Shown piece after piece: positions 38,841 to 50,552 of a stretch of 64,000 nucleotides of DNA. Positions within the stretch are counted from its first letter, which is position 1; the number at the start of each line of letters is the position of its first letter. This DNA comes from Chlorokybus atmophyticus (taxonomy: Eukaryota; Plantae; Mesostigma and Chlorokybus algae): NCBI GenBank assembly GCA_009103225.1, contig RHPI01002615.1, forward strand, positions 8,328 to 72,327, given 5' to 3'. The translations under genes were made by a program, and so were the position numbers. Below the pieces are notes generated by a model. The model was not told the origin of the DNA and made no database searches. It worked only from the letters and a program-made list of their open reading frames with translations.

Positions 38841-39751
38841 TGTCACCGTACATAACCCTCGACACCCACTTCATTATCGCACCTCTCTTTTTACCCATGG
38901 TTGTTCGGATGGCATCGAGATCAACAAATCCTCTTTAAACCGTCGATATCGCGCTCCGCTATCTAGAATGTTGACCCTAAGGCGGCAGGCCGCATGACAG
39001 TCGACTGCCAGCACTGGCCTCCACTAATTGGAACGCAATCCCTATGGAGGCGGGCCACGTTGACAGCCGACTTAGGCGCAACCCGCAAGAAACGTTGATA
39101 GTGCCACGGAGTTGCAACTAGACGGATTGAGGCAGAAATGGCGGTGGCATTGCTCAAGACTGACCACTTAGCTGATCAAGGAGCCGATTAGCGCCCGAGG
39201 CTCAGTATATAAGTAGGATTCAGCACTACCAATAACTCCATGGTAGTTGTGTATATGTTACCAGCCCACCAGCCACGCAAACTTTTGCTCCGTACATTCG
39301 TAAGTGTACACTCTTTGCTCTTATGGTTGTGGCCATTGCATCTGTACCTGGTACCTGCACACTGCATCATTCGCACACTGTGCTGTGTTTGTTTGCGCTC
39401 CACCCGCTGTATCGTGGTGACCGTGTTTGCTCGCACTTGCACACTGAGTGCTTGTAGTCTGTGATCTTATCTCACTTAGCTACACATTTTCGTACATACA
39501 CTGCGCAGCTGCTGTGTGCATTTCGCCAAGCGTCCTTGTATATGAGCTTGTTAAGTGATCACCATTGTATATCAAGCTAAGGGGACCACACAATAGTTTC
39601 TCCCTTCATGCTGTCTCAGCGCCTACAACTTCGCCACCACGCACGTGGCAACGTTAACCCCTTGCATCACACCCTTGCTATATCTGTGCACCCTAGCTTG
39701 TGTACTCCCACTGCGAGACACACTCCGCGATCGAACCTCAATTGCATGACA
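38841..39751 (+). mobile_element. Probable solo LTR (911 bp) with 4-bp TSD TCCA
   Basis: TGTCA at 38841 and TGACA at 39747-39751. TCCA at 38837-38840 and 39752-39755. Internal TATATAAG near 39205 followed by TG/CA-rich U5-like sequence; no coding capacity. Confidence 0.62.
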
Positions 39752-40028
39752 TCCACTCAATCTAACGGCGTTGAGCGTGTCCGCGTGTAGCGTGCTAAGT
39801 TTGTTAATCGCTTATGTCATTTAACTCATGTGTTAACACATATACAATACATACATCCATAACATCAACGTCACTTATACAATGGGCACGCAAAATAACT
39901 ACACTACCTTAATGCACATATTATAAGCATGTACACGAATTTCAATGTTGACTTAATGCATTGTGACAATATCAAGTTTTTTATCTCATGCACCCATTTT
40001 AACATTGTGGGTGCGCGTGTGGCGTGTT

Positions 40029-40513
40029 TGACACAAACGACTAAATAATAACGCCACAATGGCCGCAAAACACGCTTTGTGCTTTTGTGGCCTAGTGGTT
40101 TGTTACATTGGTCATCGGAGCTTGAGACCTAAAAGGTCCTGAGGTCGAAACCGCCTAGCGGCAGATCAAGACGGAGTTTTGCGGTCGTTGTTCGATAAGG
40201 GGGTCGCGCGCGCCTGGTTAGGGCAATAATGCGCGACTTGCCGGACGGCAGTCGTTCATTCCGACGCGTCGCTTGATACCACGCGACTTTGCCTGACGGC
40301 GACTGACAGTCGGTCCCATACGCGCAATGCGCTCTGCGAAGTGATGATTGCAAAATCGCTTCCACTGCTTAGTGACAAGATGCCTTGTAAAAACTCACAT
40401 CTAATGAGGACATTAGACACCTAAGTGGGGGGGATGTCACGGACGACTAAACAACAACGCCACAATGGCCGCAAAACACACTTTGTGCTTTTGTGGCCTA
40501 GTGGTTTGTTACA
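40029..40513 (+). mobile_element. TRIM (terminal-repeat retrotransposon in miniature), complete
   Basis: 79-bp direct repeats 40029-40107 and 40435-40513 (73/79 identical, TG...CA). GTGTT TSD at 40024-40028 and 40514-40518. PBS-like TGGTCATCGGAGC at 40109-40121; PPT at 40423-40434; non-coding interior. Confidence 0.92.
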
Positions 40514-40790
40514 GTGTTAAATGTAGCACACTTTTGCATGGGCAAAGTATGTTGTTAAGCAAGTTAACAATGCCCAACTTGGAAAAACATGTGCATAAGA
40601 CTTCAAACATCCAGAGTGCTACCTGGTACTTGTGCCACTTGTGTTGAAGCCTTGCACCTACCAGGTTGCTCAGTGCACCACCCCCAAAGGCAAAACACAT
40701 TGCACAGCGCATACCCGATGCCTGGCTTAGGGTTTAGGTGTTGGGTTTAATTTGGTGGTGGGTTTAGGCCTTGGGGCGGCGGTGGCAGCG

Positions 40791-43700
40791 ATGTCTGCGT
40801 CGTCGTGCCTGGCGCTGTCGGTGCAGCAGGTGCGCGGGAGGGACCTGCTGCTGCAGACGTGAGCGGGATGAGCATGTTGATGAGGCGTGCTCAAAGTGTG
40901 CTGATTGAGTGTCAATGCATGCACCTTGCATGAGATAACACATTGTTGGTAGCAGACTGTGACTTGTGCTCGGTGTGCATACGAGTTGCGCCAGATTGAA
41001 ACTCATGAAGTGTAAATAGCACAGTGTTGAGTGCTTATAGTTTTGTTGTCAATGTTTCGTCATTGCTGTGTCGGTTGATACTGCGAATGCAAGCCGCTTT
41101 CAACTCAAATGGGATATTTGTAGCGTGACCATAGCTTCTTAACCATTCCAACATACAGGTCTTAGCTTTGTGCAATTCCTATTGCCTGCAGCTATGATAT
41201 GGTCATGGCCAGCACTGTCTACCTGTCGACATCCTTCTGATCCCTATATCAGTACTGCTGCAAAACAATTATCTTCAGATCCAACTCAGTTATAAAGCAA
41301 TGGTTTGTGGCAAATGCGTGTGTCCTAACACAGTGAGGCAGTTGGGAGTCGGCTGTTATGTTCAAACACTCTGACTCCTGACTTTTGTAATTGCCTCTTG
41401 ACAGGCGCGAATGGTTTCCTTATCAATACGGGCTGGCCGTCTGCCGGGCTTTTGCCGCAGCCATATACCCTTCCACCTTCAGGTGCGCGTAAGGCATTCA
41501 TAAAGTATAAGCACACACGCACATGCAAGCATGCATGCACACACGCATATGCGCGCGCGAAGCAGCCAACACTTGTGCGTGTGCACATGTGCACGCATCC
41601 ACAGACACATACCGTCGTCTGCGCATGTATGGTTATACAGACGCACAAGCGCATGCGCACGCACGCGCGCACGTGCGTGCACATGTGCATGCACGTGCCA
41701 AATGTTGCTTGCGTCCTGATGATGATGTTGGTTGCCAGCTTATTTGCCTCAACTTCTTCTTCAATGGAGTTATCGACTGCGAGCGGGATGCTGCTCGTCG
41801 CCTGCGCCGGCCAACAGTAAGCACATTGCTTCATTTCGAAACTCTGTGCCACGACTACTACACTTGTTACTAAGCTTTCCATTGACACATGTGCATGAGT
41901 CCTATATGCCTACTCATCTTACGCTCACATTCATGTGTGGACGGTCAACTGAGATACGTGCGTGCGTGCGTGCGTGACCCTTCACCGGTACAGGTATCGA
42001 GTGTTGTACCAGCAGGTGGGAGGCGTGTACGTGCTCGCTGTGGGCGGCTCGGGTGAGCGTGACTGCGTGCTTCACGCTGCACGCGCACTCGACCAGGCCG
42101 TCAGGTAGGACGCACCTTCTCTCATGCAATCAACCCAAGCATCCACGGGGCAGTGCTTGTGTGCATGTACATGTGCATGTGCATGCGCGTGTATGAGAGT
42201 GCATCTGTGCTTGTACGTTCGTGCTTGCTTGCTATTAATCCATATGTAATGCTGCATGCTGCAGCGTGCTTCTAACCGCGTGCAAAGGCGCCGACGTGAC
42301 CCCTACAAAGCTCCTTAAACGCCTTGCGGAGGTACCATATGAGATTGAAAACTAGGCAAGACGAGTTGTGAACATTGACAAGCGCTCTTTCCATTTGCGC
42401 AAGCGCTCGTCAATCCAACAAACGTGTTGCATTGTTTTGCATCTCCTTCAACAGGTTCCCAAACCCCAGTTTGCGTCACCTAAGGGAATAATCCCTGATG
42501 TCATCAGCTCATAAGCCGGCAAAGTGCACAATTACTTACTTCATGGTAAACATGCAAGTCCATCAATAATTTCATGTGTAGCATGAACCGGTCCATGACA
42601 CGCATTGGCACAAAAGTGTAGACAGCTGTATGTGCATACTGCATGTGCGTAAGCACGAGTAGATGTGTTTGTACATGAAAGTGCGCATACACATCTGAGG
42701 ACATACTTTCCAAGAGGTTATCAGATGCGAATGTACTTGGTTAATGCTCAGGTGTACATTGCGTTGGACACGGTGCTGCGTGGGGGAGACGCTTCGTGCG
42801 CGCTCGGCCCGTCCGAGTCATCGAGCGAGTCCGGCGATAATTGGGGCAGGCAGCAACAGCAACAATCGCAGACTTCATCAAGACGCAGCAAAGACGAGGC
42901 ACTAGAGGTATGTTGGCCTTGTGAAGAGTACTTGACAAAGCGTGGGCGTGTGCATGGCGTGGGCGTGGGCGTTTTTGTGTTTGATTTGATTGTGTTGTTG
43001 CTCATTGTGGTGGTTCTTCCTGAAGGTGCTTCAAGGGGTGTCGTTTCATGTGTCCGGCATCGTCCCGCCCTCGCAAGCGCCAGCAACAACAACGACGACG
43101 TTGCTCTCATCAACCATGGCAGCTATGCCTCCAACTCCAGGTCTGCCCAGCAACAGTTTTGTTTTACATATCACCCCTATCGTGCATGTGGGGTAACAAC
43201 CCAACATGTGCACTCATTCACTAAACGGGCGGTTACAGGAGTGGACATGATGGTGCCACGCACGCCTTTGGCGACGCCGATGCCCGGGTCAGGCGCGCCA
43301 TACGGGTTCCCGCCGCCAACAACCATGGGACCCATGCCGCCAACAACGAACCCGTTCCCGCCGTCCATCCCAACCACGCACGCTCGGCTGCCACCGAGAC
43401 CCCCGCCCTCGCCTCTTGTGGGCGAGGGCGTGGACCCGTTCAGCTCGTTCCCCCACAGAACAGGTGAGCTGCGGGCTTCATGTCAGTGATGCACGTGCTT
43501 GTACATGTGTACTTGTGTGTTCACGCGCGTGCATGAATGCACAAGTACACGTGTACGGCGATGTGCATCGCGTATGTGGCTCTGCACGCACTTGTGTGCG
43601 CACGGAGCCGCACAATGCGCATGCGTGTGATTGCATGTGTAAAGTAGGGTTACACAGTATAACCGCAAATCGGTTGTGTTGTTGCTGGGGTTGCATGTAC

Positions 43701-45999
43701 GCATATGAGTTTATCGCACAGGTTGTTTGGGTGTCAACACTGTTCCTTAACACGCGTGCTTATTTGTACCTTGCAGATGCGGCCCACCCGCAGCGAAGCG
43801 GCCTTTCGCAGTCGAGCGCGTTTGCTGCCGGACGCGACCCGTTTGCGAGGGCCACAACCGCACCGCTGCCGTCACCCGCAATACCCTCATCGTCATCGCT
43901 GTTCTCATCCACCCCAACAACATCGGACCCGTTCGCTGCCAACACCGGTGCCAACACGCCTTTCCCCGATGCGAGCACGCCGTTCCCCGTTGCGAGCACA
44001 CCGGCACTCTTCGCCCCCGCGCGCCAGGCCTCCTTCAGCGGCAAGTGATGTGCTGTGGCTATGTGTTCATGTGGAAAAGTGTGTGCGCGTGCGCGTGCGC
44101 GTGTGGGTGGGTGCGTGCGCGTGCGCGTGCGCGCGAGTGGGCGTGCAAGTGAGCGTGTTTTTTATATGTTTCCGTATACATGTGTAGGGCCGTTGTCGGC
44201 AGCGGGGACGCCTTTGCCGACCCCCGCGCCACTTGTGGACCCCTCCCGCGCAGCCTCGCACTTCTTTGCTGCCCCTCCAACACCCCAAGGTGTGTATCTG
44301 ATACGTCGGCTCCCTGTTGTTGGCTCCCTATTTTTAACCTCTTTGTTACCCTCTTCTTTGCAGTCCTAAAGGGCGCAGATGCCCTCGCTGCCGCGGGCGT
44401 CCTCGGGTCACTCTCAGCCCTCACCGAAGCTCCTAGGACACGTCCCCCGACAGCGGACCTGTTAGGGGACCTGTTGGGTCCCGAACCAGGACCAGCATCG
44501 GGACCGGGATTGGGACTGGGACCGACATCGGGGTTGGGACTGAGATTGGACTCTGGATCTGGATTGGGCGGTTTTGATTTTACTAGCGGTGGTGGTGGTA
44601 TGAACATTAATGAGCAGAGTTTCAGCAATGCGTCACCGGCCCCTGACTCGCCCCTTTCTAGGCGGCGTGCTCCGCCAGCTATTCAGGTAAATGGGGTGCG
44701 TGTGTCATGTTATGCTATACTGTGTATGCGTGTGCGCTGTGTTAATGGAGGTGGGGAACGTCGGGCAAATGTTGGCCACATGATGTGAAGGTTCCTGCAA
44801 GTAGCACAGCGGCGCCGCCAAAATTGTGGCTGGAAGAGACGTGGCATGTTGTGTTTGTGGCTGGACGGATCGCACGCGCCGCAGTCATGGTAAATATACA
44901 ATATGGTGGGTCTTATGCGTGCTACCAAACCTCACATGTAACACTCATACACGCGTACGTGTATGCATGCAGGGCGAATGCCGGATTCAGCCCTCTACCG
45001 CCAACATTGCGGTGGACGTGGATTTCCGCCTGCAGCCTCCCTCATCGGGCTCGTTCAAGAATGTTGCACTCAACAACGCTCTCGCCTCCACAAGTACGCA
45101 AACGGTTTTTGATCCTCTTGTGCGCAATGAGGTGAGACTCAAGGAAAGCATCCATTGTTTTCAGGTGGGCCAGGTGTGGTCCACGTGCGCCTGGACAACG
45201 CCGACGCGGACTCGTCCAGGGCCGTTGCAGTGCTGAAGTACCAGCTTGTGCCTCCCGATTGCCCAGCATTGTTGAAAGTGAGACCCTTGTCACCTCAATG
45301 TCAACCAACACTCCCACACGTCACGCGCACACGCTCATTTGCACTCACACGCACACGCACGCGCATGCAGGTGTTGAGGAAGGACTCCCCTGGCATCGTT
45401 GCCTGCATGGTGGAGCTGAGTTTGCCCAATAACAGCCTCTCCGACGTGTTGGTCATTCTGGAGCTTCCGTTCACTCCCGCAGCCGTGCAGCTCGCGCCCG
45501 CTCCCTCATGGGAGGCTGGCGTGTGGCAGGAGGGCACACGCACCATCACGTGGAGAACACCCACGGGAGGGGCGCTGGCATCGGGCAGCGTCACGCAGCT
45601 CAAGTCACGCCTCGCAGCACCGCCTGCTGGTATGCCTGCATGTGTGTGCACACATGCGTGTGCGTGTGTGCACGTGTAACTATGCACTCGCGCGCGAGTG
45701 AGTATCTGTGCGCACACGTGTGCACGCGCGCGCATGTGTGTGCCTGTGCGCGTGCATATGAATTCGTGTAGGTCGTTGTAAGTATGTCTTGCTGCTCTGT
45801 TTGCTCGTGGCTTGATTGACAAGCTTGTTGTCTCCTTGTAGGCCTGGTGGAGGGTCCATTGGTGGCCTCACTGAAGTTTGCATACGAAGGGTTGAGCTCG
45901 TTATCGGGCGTGGCGCTGGCGTCCGCGGGCCCCAACAGCACGTTTGCTGTGGGACCCGCTCGCTGCAAGGCTGGACAGTACACTGCCAGCAACATGTAG
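40791..45999 (+). CDS. TML: TPLATE complex muniscin-like subunit (longin + mu-homology domain)
   Basis: Spliced N-terminus MSASSCLALSVQQVRGRDLLLQTREWFP, YRVLYQQVGGVYVLAV, VLLTACKGADVTPTKL, VYIALDTVLRG match plant TML as I recall it. Pro-rich linker; mu-homology C-terminus ending KFAYEGLSSLSGVAL...QYTASNM. Includes a probable GC-AG intron at 44042-44188. Confidence 0.9.
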
Positions 46000-46074
46000 G
46001 CGTTGTCGTGCGACGCACGCAGTATGTTAGTACGTGCTGCTACTTGTGTACATTTGTCAGAGGTGATATTCATA

Positions 46075-46232
46075 CCGTAGTGCCGCGAAATCTTCGTATT
46101 ATGCGGCGGCAGCTATGCATGCTAGTGCATTAACAATGGAATGCATAACAACAGCCGCCGATTATTTAGTAAAAATTCCGTATACCACCTGGCTAGAGTT
46201 GTTTCTTTGACGAAGATTTCGCGGCACTACGG
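46075..46232. mobile_element. MITE, Tc1/mariner(pogo)-like, TA target duplication
   Basis: Perfect 23-bp TIRs CCGTAGTGCCGCGAAATCTTCGT (46075-46097 and 46210-46232), flanked by TA on both sides; 158 bp, non-coding. Confidence 0.78.
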
Positions 46233-49041
46233 TATTCACGTCTTGGTAGCTAGCTGGAGCCATTGCAACAGTTAAAGCACCCCTCATGTACTCAAATGAC
46301 CGTTGCACTCCACCATTGTGTTGGTCGAGCCATGTGTAGGTTGCTTGTCGACACTGTGCCTTGACCTTAACCAAACGCAATAGTGGCATGGAGTGGTAAA
46401 AGTGTATGCAAGCGGTGCGAGGCTTAATTGCATCAGGTCGTAACGTATTGACAATACAAAGAACACAAACAATGTTCAGGTTCAATGCAATCTTGCTATT
46501 GATGACATTTCTACAAAAGCCAGAAGCTATCTTTTGCACATTCTTTTTTGTATCTATTGATATGCAATGGGAGATTTTGCCTTAGATTGAACGAGTGAAT
46601 ACTTTTGATCATCTCCCAAATAGCGATTGTTAGCATTAACCATTATTGACACGTAATATAAATATCGATATATGTAAGCTCCAGTGCCAATAATCTTGAT
46701 TGGCATACGTCACATGCAATTTGCATATGAGGCTCATCAAGCATATTATCAGCGGCAACAGACCAAGACATATGCACAATATATAATGTCAGCAACTCGC
46801 ACTATGCGCAATCAAACCATGATATTGCATTATATATGCGCGTATTCCGGGCCCTCTACCTTGCTGAACCGCACCGAATTCATGAACTTGATTTGGAACT
46901 ATTGTAGCAAGCAGAAACATGTTGCTTGAGTCGTCGCAAAATGTTTTCCCTGCCAGCCGACTAAATATTGGCAACGGCCGTCCACCTGAGGATACCCATT
47001 TAGACTGTCGTGGCTCAGTCCACCTGTACTCTCGATGCATGGACCTGAGTATAACGGCCGTCACCATCAATTGGCGGCCGTCTGCATAAAGGGACCAACC
47101 CTAACTTATAGGTACCTGAAAATTACCTCTCAGTCACGATAAGGCGAGTTTGCCTAACTGACAAGTACCTCACCGTTACCTAAGAAATAGGTACCGGCAA
47201 CTGTACGCTAACTGAGCAAAATTGTCAGGTACCTTAAGGTACCTTCAAGGTACCAGCCGTTGATGATGTGTACCTTTGCAGGTACACGTTGGTACCGCTC
47301 AAACATGATTAGGTGTCACACGTGATTATCGTTACAAGAATGTGCTTGAAAATATTATGTAAGAATTTACAACGCAAATTGAAAAGAGCTACTACTGCTA
47401 CTACTACTAGTACTACTCTTGTACTAAGCTGCTCCGCTCCTGCACCGCCCGCTCCAGCTCCGCGGCCGCTGTTCCTCCGCCGCCGTCGGCGCTGGAAAGC
47501 ACAAGGCAACCAAGGGAATTAAACAAGCGCAGTGAACATACACAACATACACACTTACGTGCTGCCGCTTGCCATGTACCGCCGCCGCCTAGCCTGGTTT
47601 AGCCTAGCCTGGCCTGGCCTGGCTTGGTCAAGTCTAGCCTGTCCTGGCATGGCCGCCTTAACATTAAGTTAATAACCTTAATATAGCTTAATTGGCTGCA
47701 TATACCCGTTATGACCCTTACCTAATCTTAAATAAGGGCGAGGAACCTCTATAGACGTAGCACTCAGGTACAGCGAGAGCAAGCTCTTGGCGGTGACGCC
47801 CACAGTGTCATCGTCTTCGTTGCTGGTAGGCCACCACCGGCGCAGTACGTGCTCGGCCTCGAACGCACTCACTGTCAAAGAGACAAGAGGGGTGGTTAGG
47901 CTGCATGCGGTGTTGTGCGTAGTGCAACGTTAGACAGCAAGCAAACTTACCTACTGTCCGCCGCTGTCGCCATCACCGCCACCGCCACCGCCGCACAACT
48001 GTCCTTGAAGCCGTTAAGTACTTGCAACAAATGCTCAACTGCTTCAACTTCAACTTCAATGTCTATGGTAAAATTGTACCATTAAAATGGTACGACGGCA
48101 CCAGTATACTCTCTCGTGATGAGTACCATATTGGGTACTATGATAGAACTGTTTGTACCATTGTTGTACTCGCCGCCATCGCTCGTCCCTCTTAGGTGAC
48201 TTAGTTGGGACGAAGTAGTCACTTGCTTGCCAATTAACGTTTGTCGCCGCCGCGTCTTATGTACGGCCGGCGGCGGTACAACTTTGACTCACCTGTATCA
48301 TTCGTCGCCATTAGGGGCCTGAACATTCACCAAATTGTCATTTTAGGTAGGTCGCCGTTGCGTAAGCTGGATGAACGGCAGTCGGCCGTCAACATATGTT
48401 GCTGTCACGTCATCACCGGTATGCAACAATCCATTTTACCGAACGATAGGCGGTCGGTAATCTATTATTGTCCACAACGTACACCGGCAGTTCATGCAGT
48501 CCCTTTATGGCTCAAGTCGTTAGGTTTGTTGGGGTCAGATAAGGTCAGGCACCCAACAGTCCCTCAGTCCATGATCAGTCACCATGTAAAATTTGCGACG
48601 GTTATAGAGCAGCAACCTAATTCCACAAAATTAGTTTCTTGGCAAGCAAAACCGACCAAGCTATCTCTTCCAACAAATAACAAGACTGGAAGTTGTAAAA
48701 AACGAGGTCCTTGATATCATAATGCATGTACCTTGATATCTTCAATGCCACTCACCCCAACTCCGATCTCCGGCTGAACCCGATCGATGACACGCGAGCC
48801 CACTTTGCGTCGACCAATAAGAAGCCGCAGCGCAGGTCTATCCTGTTGCCAAAAAGTGTCGCTCGCATAACGTTAGCAGAATCTTGCATTAGGGTTCAGG
48901 CGGCGGCGGCGGCGGCGGTGAGGGCAGCAGCGGTGTCGTCGTCGTCTCCAGGCGTATCGTGGGTATCTTTGCGGGCTTTCTTGCTTTCAAGTAGTGTTGA
49001 GGCGGACATTGTTGGTACCAATCCCAAGCGCAACAGCAGCC

Positions 49042-50132
49042 ATGGCAGCCATGGCAGCTGCACAGCAGCTGGCGGCGGCGGCGGCGGCGGTGGTGTTGCC
49101 ATGCAGCGCGAGTGCTAGGCCAGTCAGCACCAGGACGGCTAGGCCTGCATGCAGCTCTGCCTCAGTAATGAGGTTGCCTATCAGCTTGAAGGCGAGGAGC
49201 AGCAGTGGCGCCATGCAGAGGAGGAGAAGTAGCCCATCCTTCGTTGTCCGCGCTGCCCTCGTGTCGTACGCTGAGGACCTGGCCGACGACGACTATCTCG
49301 TCGTGGGCAAGGCGCACTGCTTTGTCAAACAAGATGGCGGCAAGCTTGTCGACTGCTATGTTGTCGAGCCCATCCCTGCCGGCGCCCTTGAGTGCATGGA
49401 CAACGGCGGCGTTACCTGCTATGAAGTGGTCACAGGTACAGTTGGCTTACTTGCTGTTACTCGCATTGCTCTCATGGCTGCTGTCTTCACTTTGCTGCGT
49501 GTGAGCAATGTGTTGTTTTGCATCAGTGTTAGCATGCATGCTGTTGTTGATTCGTACAACAGCAAATGTCATATATGTCCATCTCACTGTTATTACGCAT
49601 TGTCTGATTGCTGCATTTCTTCGACTTGTGCAGCGGTCAAGTTTGGAGATATCATCAAGCAGGACATCAAGGTCCTTCCTGAAGTCTACGCTGATGCTAC
49701 ATTCTGCGAGGACTTTGAGTTCCGCACTGTTTGCACCGGTAAGCCAACAAAGTAGTAACCACTCAACTTACTATACACGATGCAATGTGGGGTTAGTCAA
49801 GACATATACTTGTCGGTTGTTCAGTTGCAGTGTGACGTGAAATTAATCAAATCAAGCATTAAGCTGTCAAAAACAAGCTGATGTACTTGATTGTATCTGC
49901 AGCTCGCACATGGAAGCGTGCCCATGCTGAGGAGGTCATCAAGAAGTTTGTCCCGCTCGGCACCTCGCGCAGCGACTTCAACTTGAGGTTAGACGACAAG
50001 CGCGTGCTCAACATGGAGAACGTTGTCACGGACGACGACAACATCAAGCAGGACTTGAGCATCGACGTGTACGGCCGCTCTAAGGAAGAAGAAGAGGCAG
50101 AAGCTGCTATTGCTTCCAGTTACAATGCTTGA
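49042..50132 (+). CDS. Plastid-targeted protein resembling a conserved cyanobacterial hypothetical family
   Basis: Exons 49042-49435, 49634-49738, 49903-50132. Ala/Ser/Arg-rich transit-peptide-like region ending VVRA, then DLADDDYLVVGKAHCF...VEPIPAGALE...FCEDF...ARTWKR...VPLGTSRSDFN...KRVLN...DDNIKQ. Confidence 0.78.
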
Positions 50133-50499
50133 GCGGATAAACTTAGCTGCTAGTTTGTTTAGTTCACCTCCACAACCCTCTTATCTCATCGCTCATCGCT
50201 TTTGACCAACTGCGTGCATGTATTTACAAATTGTCACATAGTTTTCGCGTTCGCTGGGAGCTGGACTTGTTCCTTGCAGGAGTGAGTTGCGCAAGTACAG
50301 TGTTCTGTTACAGGGTTGCAAGATGGTGTACATAAATCTCAGAAACCATTTTAGGCATGCAGTGTCCGCATCCAATGTCTGGGCTTGTTAAAAGTGATTT
50401 CGCAAGTGCACGCTAGCCCCCAAGCAGTGTTCCTTGAACAATCCTCCTACTGCTGTTCGCGGGTAACAATAAATTGCTGGTTGTCTTACCGATTGGGAG

Positions 50500-50552
50500 A
50501 TGACTGCCATTGTATGACACAACAACATGACTGCCATTGTATGACACAACAA
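50500..50552. repeat. 27-bp tandem duplication
   Basis: ATGACTGCCATTGTATGACACAACAA(C) present twice, adjacent. Confidence 0.9.

Noticed and set aside
47678-48060. Exon-like minus-strand segments with a GTAAGT donor
   Set aside because: Splicing gives only a short ORF ending in an early stop; no family similarity.
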